Assembly (NCBI GenBank): GCA_964464605.1
Contig: CAYXJN010000005.1
Location: 1 to 64,000 of the forward strand
DNA length: 64,000 nucleotides
Source of the DNA: an uncultured Ignavibacteriales bacterium
GTDB taxonomy: Bacteria; Zixibacteria; MSB-5A5; GN15; FEB-12
Direction: 5' to 3'
Notes under the pieces: model-generated
What the model saw: the letters and a program-made list of their open reading frames with translations, nothing else
Database searches by the model: none
What the model was told of the DNA's origin: nothing
Shown here: positions 30,365 to 40,777 of the stretch, piece after piece
Numbering within the stretch: the first letter of the stretch is position 1
Layout: each line of letters opens with the position of its first letter
Program-made: the position numbers and the translations under genes

Positions 30365-31384
30365 CCGGGATGCGCGTCTGAGAAAGTCGATTTTGTCCCG
30401 GCGTCGTTGTTTACAGAAATTAGGCAATTTTCGATAATATTCCATAAATCGATCCGTTACCATTTTGCACTGCTCTTTGTCGTTCAGCGCATCATAGCAG
30501 AGATATAAGTAGTAATCACAGGTAACCACGTTGATGTAGTTTCCCGGCTTTTGGATATTCTGCTCCCGAATCTTTTCATATGTAACTGCTGATTTCATGA
30601 ATCGATTCGATTCATAATACGCTTCAGCCAACGGCCAATAGAACTGCCGTCCCTGCGGGTAAACCGCAATACGATCCTCGCAACGCGCGATAACATCATC
30701 ATACTTTTTCTGGCTTAACCAGATCCAGATAAAGGCATTGAAGGCTGCTTCCCGCGAAACGACCGAGGTCGCCGCCGCCTGATAAAGCTCGGCGATCCCT
30801 TTTTCCCGTTCATCGGAAACAATCCCGACCGAGGTCAGCATTCCTGCTTTGACCGATTTCCAATAATGATAATTGCCGAGCCCGAATAATAAATCGGTTA
30901 CGGTTGTGTCGAATTGCAACCCCCGTTCATATTCGCTCCTGGCCTGTAACCCGGTTTTCAGCGCGCTGGTAAAGGCCCCGAAGCGGGATTCCCAAAGGGA
31001 TTTATGCGCTTTGGCGTGGCCGATCCAAAGAGACATCCATGCGGCAAGTTCAGGTTTAGCCGTGTCCCGAATCGGTTCCGCTAACAGATAAACTGTATCA
31101 AGCGTGGCAAAAAGATGTTCTTTTTTGTCCGTGTTTTCATACTCGAACATCTCGTTCAGTAATCTGACTCCACGAAACAAATACCCGGCCGGATCCCACG
31201 GACGGCGGTCGATAAACGCATTACAGAGTGAATCAGCCGCCTGATAGTCAGAATTGCTCAGACTTGCCTGTAAGGCGGTTATGGCACCTGCGGATGCGCT
31301 GTCCATGTATGCGGTACTTTTCACCGCATGTGGACCTAACAGCAGCAATGCTGCTGTAAATAAAAAACCGGAACGAGGTGTCAT
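30359..31384 (-). CDS. secreted TPR-repeat protein
   Basis: Signal peptide and helical repeats (FGLGNYHYW, LAEAYYE). Confidence 0.7.
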   Translation of the reverse strand: MTPRSGFLFTAALLLLGPHAVKSTAYMDSASAGAITALQASLSNSDYQAADSLCNAFIDRRPWDPAGYLFRGVRLLNEMFEYENTDKKEHLFATLDTVYLLAEPIRDTAKPELAAWMSLWIGHAKAHKSLWESRFGAFTSALKTGLQARSEYERGLQFDTTVTDLLFGLGNYHYWKSVKAGMLTSVGIVSDEREKGIAELYQAAATSVVSREAAFNAFIWIWLSQKKYDDVIARCEDRIAVYPQGRQFYWPLAEAYYESNRFMKSAVTYEKIREQNIQKPGNYINVVTCDYYLYLCYDALNDKEQCKMVTDRFMEYYRKLPNFCKQRRRDKIDFLRRASRL

Positions 31385-31433
31385 TCCGGTAACATGCGGC
31401 TAAATTCCGCCGCAGGCAATTTTCAACAATTAG

Positions 31434-32237
31434 CTAAATAGCGACTCGGCCGGGGATAAAATCGAGCAGTTCAATCGAGTGGTCGGTGGTGGCGGTAATA
31501 ATCATTGCCTTGCCTTCCTGATGGTACACCACCCGGCAGCCGCGGCAATTGTGATCGAAGAACGTCATGCCATGACGTTCTACTTTTGCTTTTTCCAAAC
31601 CATTCGGCAGAGTGAATTTATCCATCGGGGCGATAAAGACCGAAACGAGTGTTTTCTCGTCCGAATAAACAAAGTGCTGCATCGGAACGCCGTCGAGCGT
31701 ATCCATTTTGTTTCCGATCAACTGAAAATTCCCGACGGTATATTTGAGTTGATAGTTGTAATCCGCCAGAATATTTGTTGCCGCTGAAACAGCATTTGCA
31801 TGCGTAAACTGCACCTGATTTTCAGCCGATGCCCAGTGCAGCCGTTCAATTGGCGCGAAGGTCGACTGATGGTCGCTGATACCGTTCGAAATATAGATTG
31901 TACTGATTACCAATACCGCTACAGCCGCTGCCGCCAAAACATAGCGTCCTATTCGAAAGGAGGGCCGCTGGATCGTGCGGCTTTGTGTCCTTTCCTCGGA
32001 TTCAGCGTCGTTGAGGCATTGACAGATTTTCGCTTTTAACCGCTCGGCGCAACAGTCGGCGTTCACCGCCTGACGGCATTTGGTGACCATGACCGCATGG
32101 AGCGACTGTTCGCGAATGAACTGCTCATTGCATTCAGTGCATTCGCACAGATGGGCTTTAACGCTTTCGATGTCAGCTTTGGAGGCTTCGTTATCGATTA
32201 CTTCATAGAGCAGGCTTTGGGCTTGCCGACAGTTCAT
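31434..32237 (-). CDS. zinc-binding (zf-HC2/ZAS) anti-sigma factor with TM and periplasmic domain
   Basis: MNC...HLCECTEC motif, central TM helix, and ATGA overlap with the ECF gene. Confidence 0.85.
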   Translation of the reverse strand: MNCRQAQSLLYEVIDNEASKADIESVKAHLCECTECNEQFIREQSLHAVMVTKCRQAVNADCCAERLKAKICQCLNDAESEERTQSRTIQRPSFRIGRYVLAAAAVAVLVISTIYISNGISDHQSTFAPIERLHWASAENQVQFTHANAVSAATNILADYNYQLKYTVGNFQLIGNKMDTLDGVPMQHFVYSDEKTLVSVFIAPMDKFTLPNGLEKAKVERHGMTFFDHNCRGCRVVYHQEGKAMIITATTDHSIELLDFIPGRVAI

Positions 32238-32821
32238 TGAGCAGTACCTTTGATGTATCCATTCTTAACAGCATATTCAAACAGCTTTTTCTGCAGCAAT
32301 TTTCGACCCCGGTGCAGACGGGATTTAACCGTTCCTAATTGTAAATCGGTAATTTCCGCTATTTCCTGATAGGAGAATCCTTCAAGGAAGGATAACATAA
32401 CGACTAAGCGAAAATCCTCCGGTAATTCTTCAATTGCTTTCTTTACATCATCATCAAATATCTTTGCGAATAACTGCTGTTCCGGGTTGTCGCCCGGCGG
32501 CGTGACCGCCAGTTGTCCGTACAGAAAGTTATCGTCTATATCATCGACATTGACCGCCATCGGAGACCGGGATTTGGAGCGGTACTCATTGATGAAAATG
32601 TTGGTCATGATTTTAAACAACCATGCCCGACTGTTTGTGCCCGGCTCAAAGCGATCCCAGAACCGGTACGCCTTAACCAGCGCCTCCTGAACCAGGTCTT
32701 CGGCATCGCTGACGTTCTTGGTCATGCGAAGCGCGGTGCGATAGAGGGAGTCGGTGTGGGGAATCGCTTCCCGCTCAAAGGACTCTCGTTTATCTCTATT
32801 TTCAATCTGACCGTCAGTCAT
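32234..32821 (-). CDS. ECF sigma factor, SigR/SigH-like
   Basis: LYRTALRMT...AEDLVQE...FEPGTN.RAWLFKIMTNIFINEYR and GTVKSRLHRGR. Confidence 0.93.
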   Translation of the reverse strand: MTDGQIENRDKRESFEREAIPHTDSLYRTALRMTKNVSDAEDLVQEALVKAYRFWDRFEPGTNSRAWLFKIMTNIFINEYRSKSRSPMAVNVDDIDDNFLYGQLAVTPPGDNPEQQLFAKIFDDDVKKAIEELPEDFRLVVMLSFLEGFSYQEIAEITDLQLGTVKSRLHRGRKLLQKKLFEYAVKNGYIKGTAQ

Positions 32822-32872
32822 AATGCAACTCCGTCACATACGACGTTCCGGTCATCTCTTAACCACATGAAT

Positions 32873-32898
32873 AACATATTTTGTCTAAGGGCGGTTCC
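32873..32898 (-). promoter_or_regulatory. autoregulatory ECF promoter GGAAC-N18-GTT
   Basis: The minus strand reads GGAAC-cgcccttagacaaaatat-GTT, the SigR/SigH-type consensus, about 50 nt upstream of the ECF ATG. Confidence 0.7.
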
Positions 32899-33030
32899 CA
32901 TAAGAATAACCTTGCCGGGCACATTGTTTGAAAAATGCACTCTTAATTTATACCCTCAATTTGACCGTAAAATCTACCTTCATAGCAAGATTTGAAAGAT
33001 AGTCCTAACATTCCGAGTTTCACAAGCGGG

Positions 33031-33060
33031 ATTTGGCGGAATCTGGCGGAATCTGGCTGC
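33031..33060 (+). repeat. short 10-bp tandem repeat, about 3 copies
   Basis: ATTTGGCGGA ATCTGGCGGA ATCTGGCTGC. Confidence 0.6.
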
Positions 33061-33087
33061 CAGTTCGACGTATGAAACAAACAGGGT

Positions 33088-35292
33088 TTATCCCACCACT
33101 TTCAGCTTGGCGAATTTGACCATAAGTTTCTTGACGCCGACACCGGTAAATGCAATCTCAAGGCGCAATGAATCCCCATATCCTTCGGTTGCAAGAATGC
33201 GGCCGCGACCGAAAGTCGGGTGGTGGACGATTCGTCCGGTGCGATACGTTTCATTCTCTTCGTATTCATAATGTACGCCGGATTTGGCCGAAGATGCTGT
33301 CGCGGCAGCGATACGATTCGCTCGAGTCGGCTGCACCGATGCAGGGGAGGAGTATTCGTAAAAGCGATGGGTGCGGTAATCGAGCGTTTCCAATAGTTCA
33401 ACCGGCACTTCTTTGATAAAGCGGGAAGGAATCGATTCAACGGTTCCGAAACGATGCCGCACGGTTGCAGAGGATAGATGCAGCCGCTTTTTCGCCCGGG
33501 TTGCGCCCACATAAAACAAACGACGTTCCTCTTCCAATTCCATTGGTTCAGTGATCGTGCGCTGAAGCGGGAAAAGTCCTTCCTCCAATCCGACCAAATA
33601 GACCGAATTGTATTCGAGCCCTTTGGCGGAGTGAAGGGTCATTAGCGTGACTTTATCTTCAATGCCGGAATAATTATCCAGATCGCTGAATAAAGAAATT
33701 TCGGACAAATAGGTCGCAAGGGTCGCTTCCGGATTGGCGCGGACATATTCGCTCATACCTTCGGTAAACGCCTCGAGGTTTTCCACTTTGGTCTGGCCGA
33801 TAATACGATCTTCGCTCAACAAATCCGGAATAATCTGCAATTCTTCCACTAAGTCCTGCGTGAGGGTGTTGAGCAGCATCGTTTGCATTTTTGCCTGATA
33901 ATTGGTAATGATCTGGACAAACGGTTCAATTTTTTTCGCTTTTGATTCCAGTTCCGGAAACTCACGAATACGAGAAACAGTTTCGAACATCGAACATTGG
34001 TGCTGCCGTGCCACGGCCGCGATTTCTTCTACTGTTTTGTCACCGATACCACGCTTGGGATAATTGATAATGCGCTCGAATGAGACGTCATCCTTTTTAT
34101 TAACCAACAATTTCAAGTACGCGAGCAGGTCTTTGATTTCTTTACGTTGATAGAAAGCGATACCACCGACGATATGATATGGGATATTTTTACGGCGTAG
34201 TTGTTCTTCAAAGGGTCGGGACTGCGCGTTGGTGCGATACAAAATCGTAATTTCATTGAGCTTATTGATGCTTTTTTCTTTTTCGATTCGGTCGATCACG
34301 TGGGCCGCTTCATCGTCTGCAGAATTGACCAACATCAACCGAATCTGATCGCCGCCATCCTGATCGGTGCGAAGGGTTTTGCCTTTGCGGGCAGTGTTGT
34401 TGCCGATAACAGCCGATGCCGCCTGTAAAATGATTTTGGTAGAACGGTAGTTCTGTTCCAGTTTGATAATTTTCGCGCCGGGAAAATCCCGTTCGAATTC
34501 CAGAATGTTCCGAATATCGGCGCCGCGCCAGCCGTAAATAGACTGATCTTCATCACCGACTACACAGATATTCCGGTGATCATCGAGCAGATATTTCAAC
34601 AGCAGATACTGGACATGGTTGGTGTCTTGGTATTCATCTACCATCAGGTATTTGAATCGGGATTGGTACTGTTTACGAACTTCTTCATTATCACGCAAAA
34701 GTGTTACGGAATAGAATAAGAGATCGTCGAAATCCATTGCGTCGCACTCACGCAAACGGCGCTGGTAAAGCGAATAAATCCGCGCAGTCGTGCTTTCAAA
34801 ATATCCGGCGGCGTTTTGCGCGAAGGCTTCCGGGCTGATCAGTTTGTTTTTTGCATCAGAAATTTTCCGCATCTGCGCACGATGCGTAAACTGGCTGCCG
34901 GAAAGGGAAAGCTCTTTCAGGCAGTTTTTCATCAGCGTTTCCTGATCGGAATCATCGAAAATAGTAAACGTCGAACTATAGCCAAGCCAAGCCGCTTCTT
35001 TACGCAGCAACCGGGAACAAAATGAGTGAAACGTCGACACGTACATATCATTCATCGAAAGCCCCAACAATTCGCTTACGCGGGATTTCATTTCCTGCGC
35101 TGCTTTATTCGTAAACGTAACGGCAAGAATCTGCCAGGGGGCAGCCAGCCGTTCGGTGACTAAATATGCCAAGCGACGGGTCAACACCCGTGTTTTACCT
35201 GAACCGGCGCCGGCGATAATTAACAGTGGTCCTTCGGTAGTGGTGACCGCTTCACGCTGGGCATCGTTGAGTTCGATTAAAAGTCTGCTCAT
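33088..35292 (-). CDS. pcrA: UvrD/PcrA ATP-dependent DNA helicase
   Basis: AGAGSGKT, DEYQDTN, VGDEDQSIYGWRGA, TLHSAKGLE, EERRLFYVG and C-terminal Tudor HPTFG. Confidence 0.95.
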   Translation of the reverse strand: MSRLLIELNDAQREAVTTTEGPLLIIAGAGSGKTRVLTRRLAYLVTERLAAPWQILAVTFTNKAAQEMKSRVSELLGLSMNDMYVSTFHSFCSRLLRKEAAWLGYSSTFTIFDDSDQETLMKNCLKELSLSGSQFTHRAQMRKISDAKNKLISPEAFAQNAAGYFESTTARIYSLYQRRLRECDAMDFDDLLFYSVTLLRDNEEVRKQYQSRFKYLMVDEYQDTNHVQYLLLKYLLDDHRNICVVGDEDQSIYGWRGADIRNILEFERDFPGAKIIKLEQNYRSTKIILQAASAVIGNNTARKGKTLRTDQDGGDQIRLMLVNSADDEAAHVIDRIEKEKSINKLNEITILYRTNAQSRPFEEQLRRKNIPYHIVGGIAFYQRKEIKDLLAYLKLLVNKKDDVSFERIINYPKRGIGDKTVEEIAAVARQHQCSMFETVSRIREFPELESKAKKIEPFVQIITNYQAKMQTMLLNTLTQDLVEELQIIPDLLSEDRIIGQTKVENLEAFTEGMSEYVRANPEATLATYLSEISLFSDLDNYSGIEDKVTLMTLHSAKGLEYNSVYLVGLEEGLFPLQRTITEPMELEEERRLFYVGATRAKKRLHLSSATVRHRFGTVESIPSRFIKEVPVELLETLDYRTHRFYEYSSPASVQPTRANRIAAATASSAKSGVHYEYEENETYRTGRIVHHPTFGRGRILATEGYGDSLRLEIAFTGVGVKKLMVKFAKLKVVG

Positions 35293-35348
35293 GTCGCTAA
35301 GGTCGTTTTCAACAGGGGTGGATGCAACCGATTACTGATGGTACAAAC

Positions 35349-35381
35349 AAAAAACGCCGCCTGTGGTTCAGGCAGCGTTTT
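35349..35381 (-). terminator. terminator after rpmA
   Basis: Hairpin AAAACGCCGCCTG/CAGGCAGCGTTTT with a U-tract on the minus strand. Confidence 0.75.
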
Positions 35382-35400
35382 CGTAATCTTGTTCGTTCGC

Positions 35401-35658
35401 TTATTCTACGGCGTAAACGGAAACTCGTTTGCTGTCGCGACCGACACGTTCAAATTTTACTGAACCGTCGATTTTTGAATACAGCGTGTGGTCACGGCCA
35501 ATGCCGACATTCTGACCCGGCTTGATCGCCGTGCCGACCTGACGGACAATAATCGAACCGGCCAAAATCAGTTCGCCGTCATATACTTTGGTGCCGCGTC
35601 GCTGACCGTTCGAGTCACGGCCGTTCTTTGATGAACCGACGCCTTTCTTGTGTGCCAT
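35401..35658 (-). CDS. rpmA: 50S ribosomal protein L27
   Basis: [16 protein letters not shown]...GSIIVRQ.GT...GRDHTL. Confidence 0.98.
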   Translation of the reverse strand: MAHKKGVGSSKNGRDSNGQRRGTKVYDGELILAGSIIVRQVGTAIKPGQNVGIGRDHTLYSKIDGSVKFERVGRDSKRVSVYAVE

Positions 35659-35770
35659 TGTCTATACAGTCCTTTCCTTTATCTCAACAGAGTCTGCAAG
35701 TATACGAAAGAAACCGAAAACCCGCAACGGTCAACTCGGTTCAAATTGTACGGTCAGAATACCGGTCAAT

Positions 35771-35805
35771 AAAAAACCGGCTATACCATTGTGGTACAGC
35801 CGGTT
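35771..35805 (-). terminator. terminator after clpC
   Basis: Hairpin AACCGGCTATACCA/TGGTACAGCCGGTT with poly-T on the minus strand. Confidence 0.8.
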
Positions 35806-35824
35806 ATAAGTTCCACGAAACTGC

Positions 35825-38266
35825 TTAGACGGTCTGTTTCTGTTGAGCCCGGTTGAACGTAAACAACAGTTTGTCTCCATCCACGCCGATGGTCAGATCC
35901 AGATCGCCGGCATATTGACCGCGCAGAATTTCTTCCGCGAGCGGGTCTTCCAGATAACGGCGGAGCGAACGTTTGAGCGGGCGCGCACCGTAGGCCGGTT
36001 CATATCCTTTATCCGCCAGGAAGTTTTTCGCTTCATCAGTCAGCTTGAACGAGATACCGCGTTCCGCCATCCGCTTGGCCACGTCGACCAGCATGATGTC
36101 AATAATCTGCATGATATGTTCGCGTTCGAGCTGGTGGAAGATGATGCTTTCATCCAGTCGGTTAATCAATTCCGGATTGAACATCTTCTTCAGCTCATCC
36201 AGAACACGTTTTCTCATGATATCAAAGGAGCCTTCAACCGATTTGGAATCGAAGCCGACGGTCTTGGCATCCTGCAACTGACGGGTACCGACGTTTGAAG
36301 TCATAATGACTACCGTGTTCTTGAAATCAACGCGGCGTCCGAATGAATCGGTCAACGCGCCGTCATCCATAAGCTGCAACAGAATGTTGAACACATCCGG
36401 GTGCGCTTTTTCGATTTCATCAAGCAGCACGACAGAGTACGGTTTGCGGCGGACTTTCTCCGTTAGCTGACCACCTTCTTCGTAACCCACATATCCGGGA
36501 GGTGCGCCGATCAAACGGGATACGGCGAATTTCTCCATATACTCGGACATATCGATACGAATTAATGATTCGCTGTCTTCAAACAGGAATTTAGCCAACG
36601 AGCGGGCAAGTTCGGTTTTACCGACACCGGTCGGGCCTAAAAACATAAAGCAGCCGATTGGTCTACGCGGGTCACCCAATCCGGCGCGGTTACGGCGAAT
36701 AGCTTTGGAAATAGTCGATATCGCTTCTTCCTGGCCGACGATTGAGCTGCGCAGTTCATCTTCCATGCGCAATAACCGCTTGGTTTCGTTCTCTTCCAAA
36801 CGGAAAAGCGGAATGCCGGTAATCTTAGCGAGCACGGTTGCGACATCATCACCTGAAAGCGTGATGCGTTCTTTTTCCCGTTGATCGCTCCATTTCTTTT
36901 GCTGGTCTGCCAACTGCTCCTTCTTGATTTTAATTTCATCGCGAAGCTGCGCGGCAGTTTCAAAGGCCTGATTTTTAACGGCCTGTTCTTTTTTGTTCTG
37001 GATGTCGGTGATTTCACCTTCCAGCTTGCCGAATTCTTCCGGGCGGGTATAAGTCGACAGGTGCGCCCGTGAACCGGCTTCATCGATCAAATCAATCGCT
37101 TTATCCGGTTGGAATTTGCCGGAGAGGTAGCGGTTGGAAAGCTTTACGGCGCTTTCGATCGCTTCATCCGAGATGATGAGCTTGTGGTGCTCTTCATAGC
37201 GCGGGCGAAGTCCCTTGAGAATCTTGATCGTATCTTCTTCTGACGGCGGTTCGACCATAACGATCTGGAACCGGCGGTCAAGCGCGCCATCTTTTTCGAT
37301 ATACTTGCGGTATTCGTTCATTGTGGTTGCGCCGATACAACGCAATTCACCGCGAGCGAGGGAGGGCTTGAAGATATTGGACGCATCCAATGAACCTTCC
37401 GCGCCGCCTGCGCCGACGATGGTATGAATTTCATCGATGAAGATAATGACATCGTTGGAGTTGATGATTTCATTCATTACCGCTTTGAGGCGTTCTTCGA
37501 ACTGGCCGCGGTATTTGGTACCTGCTACCAATGATGCCATATCAAGCGTAACGATCCGTTTGTTTTCCAGTGTCTGCGGTACGCGGTTTTCAACGATACG
37601 CTGCGCGAGCCCTTCGGCGATGGCCGTTTTACCGACACCCGGTTCGCCGATGAGCACGGGATTGTTTTTCTTGCGGCGTGACAAAATCTGCGCGACGCGT
37701 TCGATTTCGTTGTCACGGCCGATGATCGGGTCGAGTTTGCTGCGACGCGCCAGTTCGGTCAGATCACGACCGAAATGATCAAGCGCCGGCGTTTTCGATT
37801 TTTTCCGTTTCTTCTTGAATGAAGAGGGGCGTCCCGACGTGATATTTTTCAATTCTTCGTATGCTTCTTTGTAGTCGACTTCGTAGGTGCCTAACACTTG
37901 TGATGCTACACCTTCTTCATCTTTAAGTAACGCGAGGAGGATATGCTCGGTATCGATATCCTTCGATTTCAGCGCGCGCGCTTCCTGACCGGAAACTTCC
38001 AATGTTTTCTTCGCGCGGGCGGTAAGCGGCAGCTGACCCATTGTCATCGTGCCGCCGGCTGGCTGCACAACTTCTTCAATAGATGTCTTGAGATCCTGCA
38101 TGTCCAACCCGAGGTTGGCTAAGACCTCAATCGCGCGTCCTTCACCTAAACGAATCAAACCTAAGAGAAGATGTTCGGTGCCGATGTAGTCATGCCGAAG
38201 TCGGGCCGCTTCATCACGGGCGTACTCGATCGCTTTACGGGCGCCTTCGGTAAACATCTCGTTCAT
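35825..38266 (-). CDS. clpC: ATP-dependent Clp protease ATPase ClpC
   Basis: Double Clp-N domain, [11 protein letters not shown]-type middle domain (FETAAQLRD), GPTGVGKT and VGF ClpP-binding loop. Confidence 0.95.
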   Translation of the reverse strand: MNEMFTEGARKAIEYARDEAARLRHDYIGTEHLLLGLIRLGEGRAIEVLANLGLDMQDLKTSIEEVVQPAGGTMTMGQLPLTARAKKTLEVSGQEARALKSKDIDTEHILLALLKDEEGVASQVLGTYEVDYKEAYEELKNITSGRPSSFKKKRKKSKTPALDHFGRDLTELARRSKLDPIIGRDNEIERVAQILSRRKKNNPVLIGEPGVGKTAIAEGLAQRIVENRVPQTLENKRIVTLDMASLVAGTKYRGQFEERLKAVMNEIINSNDVIIFIDEIHTIVGAGGAEGSLDASNIFKPSLARGELRCIGATTMNEYRKYIEKDGALDRRFQIVMVEPPSEEDTIKILKGLRPRYEEHHKLIISDEAIESAVKLSNRYLSGKFQPDKAIDLIDEAGSRAHLSTYTRPEEFGKLEGEITDIQNKKEQAVKNQAFETAAQLRDEIKIKKEQLADQQKKWSDQREKERITLSGDDVATVLAKITGIPLFRLEENETKRLLRMEDELRSSIVGQEEAISTISKAIRRNRAGLGDPRRPIGCFMFLGPTGVGKTELARSLAKFLFEDSESLIRIDMSEYMEKFAVSRLIGAPPGYVGYEEGGQLTEKVRRKPYSVVLLDEIEKAHPDVFNILLQLMDDGALTDSFGRRVDFKNTVVIMTSNVGTRQLQDAKTVGFDSKSVEGSFDIMRKRVLDELKKMFNPELINRLDESIIFHQLEREHIMQIIDIMLVDVAKRMAERGISFKLTDEAKNFLADKGYEPAYGARPLKRSLRRYLEDPLAEEILRGQYAGDLDLTIGVDGDKLLFTFNRAQQKQTV

Positions 38267-38341
38267 GCTGCACTATCCTTCCTTCTGAAATTCCTTATCA
38301 ATATAGGCTTTGTGAGCCTGCTATGCAATCTGTTTAACACT

Positions 38342-39418
38342 TCAATGCTTCGCGTAGTTCCGCAATCGCTCGCGAACCATTTGCGCGCGCACAAAATCAC
38401 GCTTGTTGGCATCCATTTCGCTACCGTAATACTTCTGCAAATGCGCAGGCTGCGACAGCAAGAGGATTTCATTGATCAGGGCAGTATCAAGAAAATCGAT
38501 AATTTTCATCGCATGCCCCAATCGCACTGCTGACAAGAGGTTCATGATTTCATCAGTAGTCAAAACCCGGGCATGTTCCAGTATGCCGTAAGCACGCCAA
38601 ATCTTGTCCTCAATCATATCGGAAGCTTCTTCCACCAGGCGATTTCGAGCCGCCGCTTCTTTATCGATAATTTCGCGGGTCACCCGGTCGATCTGCAAAA
38701 GGATATCTTCTTCCGATACGCCCAGCGTATTCTGGTTAGCTACCTGGAACAAATTTCCCAGCACATCGGTTCCTTCACCGTAAAAGCCACGAACCATTAA
38801 CCCGCTGCGCGTAATGTGCGAAATAACTTTGTCGATTTCTCGGGTGAGCACCAGACCGGGAAGATGGATTAACACCGAAGCGCGCATCCCGGTTCCCGCA
38901 TTGGTCGGGCAGGTGGTCAAATAACCGAGGTCCTGATCATAATCGTATTCTAAGAATTTCCCAACTTCCTTGTCATATTGCATGGCCAAATCGAACGAAC
39001 CTTTCGCATCCAAACCGGCGGCAAGCGCTTGAATGCGCAGATGGTCTTCTTCGTTGACCATAATCGAAACACGTTCCTGTTCGTTTATAAAAAGCGCTTT
39101 GGCGGTATCGCCGTTATTGAGAAAGTTCGGTGAAATCAAATGGCGCTCGATCAAGAAGTCTTTATCGAGATCGCTGAAATCACCTGCTTTATGATAGAAG
39201 CCGTTGTTCAACACACCGGAACGGGAATATGTGGAATCGAAATAACCGACAATCCGGTTCTTCGTTTCCGCATCTGCCGACGGCGGAAATTTGCATCCTG
39301 CCACATTACGGGCCAAACGAATGCGGGTGGAAAGCACCACCAGTGCTTCCTCACCTTTTCCGGAGAGCCATGCTGCCGGTGTTTTGGCCATCTGTTCAAA
39401 CATAGTTGTATCGCTCAC
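38342..39418 (-). CDS. mcsB: protein arginine kinase McsB
   Basis: STRIRLARN, MVNEEDHLRIQ, GYLTTCPTN.GTGMRAS and RGFYGEG. Confidence 0.95.
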   Translation of the reverse strand: MSDTTMFEQMAKTPAAWLSGKGEEALVVLSTRIRLARNVAGCKFPPSADAETKNRIVGYFDSTYSRSGVLNNGFYHKAGDFSDLDKDFLIERHLISPNFLNNGDTAKALFINEQERVSIMVNEEDHLRIQALAAGLDAKGSFDLAMQYDKEVGKFLEYDYDQDLGYLTTCPTNAGTGMRASVLIHLPGLVLTREIDKVISHITRSGLMVRGFYGEGTDVLGNLFQVANQNTLGVSEEDILLQIDRVTREIIDKEAAARNRLVEEASDMIEDKIWRAYGILEHARVLTTDEIMNLLSAVRLGHAMKIIDFLDTALINEILLLSQPAHLQKYYGSEMDANKRDFVRAQMVRERLRNYAKH

Positions 39419-39430
39419 GTACGTTCTCCA

Positions 39431-39973
39431 TCATCCTTCTGATTGTACTTCGGTACGAAACGTTTTCAACTTATCCCGAAGTTCGGCGGCGCGTTCAAAA
39501 TCTTCCGCTTCGATTGCTTTGCGCAATTCGGTTTCAAGCCGCTCACCCTCACTATCCTGCATAACTCGCTTTTTACCGGTCGGACGGCTGACAATAGCAA
39601 CCGCTTCGTGCGGGCCGTGGCCACGATGCAGCGATGCGCCATGAATTTTCCGCATAATCGGTTCGATACGGGCGCGGAAGGTGCGATAACACTCGCCGCA
39701 TCCGAAACGTCCTTGTCTGGTGAATCCTTCAAAGGTCAATCCGCATCCCGGGCAGGCGGTGGTATCGGTTTCCACCTGTTTGGCCGGAACCGGCAATCCA
39801 CTTGATAATCCGGCAAGGATTTCAGCAAGTGGAAAGGGGATATTTTCAAGCGGAGAATGGAATCCACGCTGCGAGGCGCATTCTTTGCACAATGACAACG
39901 ACGTTTTTTCGTTATTCACGATTTGTGTCAGATGAACTTGTGCTTCCCGTTTTCTGCAATCCTGACAAAGCAT
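39431..39973 (-). CDS. mcsA: McsB activator McsA
   Basis: Four CxxC motifs and a UVR domain (EDFERAAELRD). Confidence 0.93.
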   Translation of the reverse strand: MLCQDCRKREAQVHLTQIVNNEKTSLSLCKECASQRGFHSPLENIPFPLAEILAGLSSGLPVPAKQVETDTTACPGCGLTFEGFTRQGRFGCGECYRTFRARIEPIMRKIHGASLHRGHGPHEAVAIVSRPTGKKRVMQDSEGERLETELRKAIEAEDFERAAELRDKLKTFRTEVQSEG

Positions 39974-39982
39974 GGTCTTTCC

Positions 39983-40720
39983 TTATGCGTTCGGCCCTTC
40001 AAGCGTTCCGCTTACCAACGCCAATTCGCGAGTACAGCGCTCGGCCAACTCACGATTATGCGTCGCGATAATAAACGTCGTTTTCATTTCATTGTTGAGC
40101 TGGAATAACAAGTCATGGAGCATTCTTCCTGTGGCGGTGTCGAGATTGCCGGACGGCTCATCGGCCAATACAACAGTCGGCTTATTCGCCAGTGCACGCG
40201 CTACTGCGGCGCGCTGCTGTTCGCCGCCGGAGAGCTGCTTAGGGCGATGACTCATCCTGTGTGCTAAACCGACGCGGGTCAGCAGTTGTTCCGCGCGTTC
40301 GCGGGCGGTTTTCATGTCAACATTGTTAATCAGCATAGGCATCATAACATTCTCCAGTGCGGAAAAATCGTCGAGCAGGTAGTGAAACTGAAAGACGAAT
40401 CCCAGCTGTTCCCGACGGAACTTAGCCAGTGAAGTATCCGACTGTTCGTTAAGATTTATACCATTGATACGTACCGTTCCTTCCGTAGGACGGTCGAGTC
40501 CACCCAAAATGTGCAGTAAGGTGGATTTGCCGACTCCGGACGCACCCGTGAGCGCTACCATGTCACCCTGAGCAGCCGTAAAGCTAATGCTTCTAAGCAC
40601 GGTGACGGTATCAGTGCCGGTGGTAAAATCGCGGCTGACTGTTTCCGCTTGGATAGTGGTAGGTTCTGTTTGCAACTGCGTCTTTTGTCCAGTAGTTAGG
40701 CCGGTTTGGGCGCGTTCCAT
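39983..40720 (-). CDS. lolD: lipoprotein-releasing ABC ATPase LolD
   Basis: GASGVGKST, GFVFQFHYLL, LSGGEQQR and ADEPSGNLD; adjacent to lolC/E. Confidence 0.85.
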   Translation of the reverse strand: MERAQTGLTTGQKTQLQTEPTTIQAETVSRDFTTGTDTVTVLRSISFTAAQGDMVALTGASGVGKSTLLHILGGLDRPTEGTVRINGINLNEQSDTSLAKFRREQLGFVFQFHYLLDDFSALENVMMPMLINNVDMKTARERAEQLLTRVGLAHRMSHRPKQLSGGEQQRAAVARALANKPTVVLADEPSGNLDTATGRMLHDLLFQLNNEMKTTFIIATHNRELAERCTRELALVSGTLEGPNA

Positions 40721-40777
40721 ACTATAATTTCGCCATATTTTCGTAAAGCTTTATCAGATAAGCCCTAATCACCAAAA

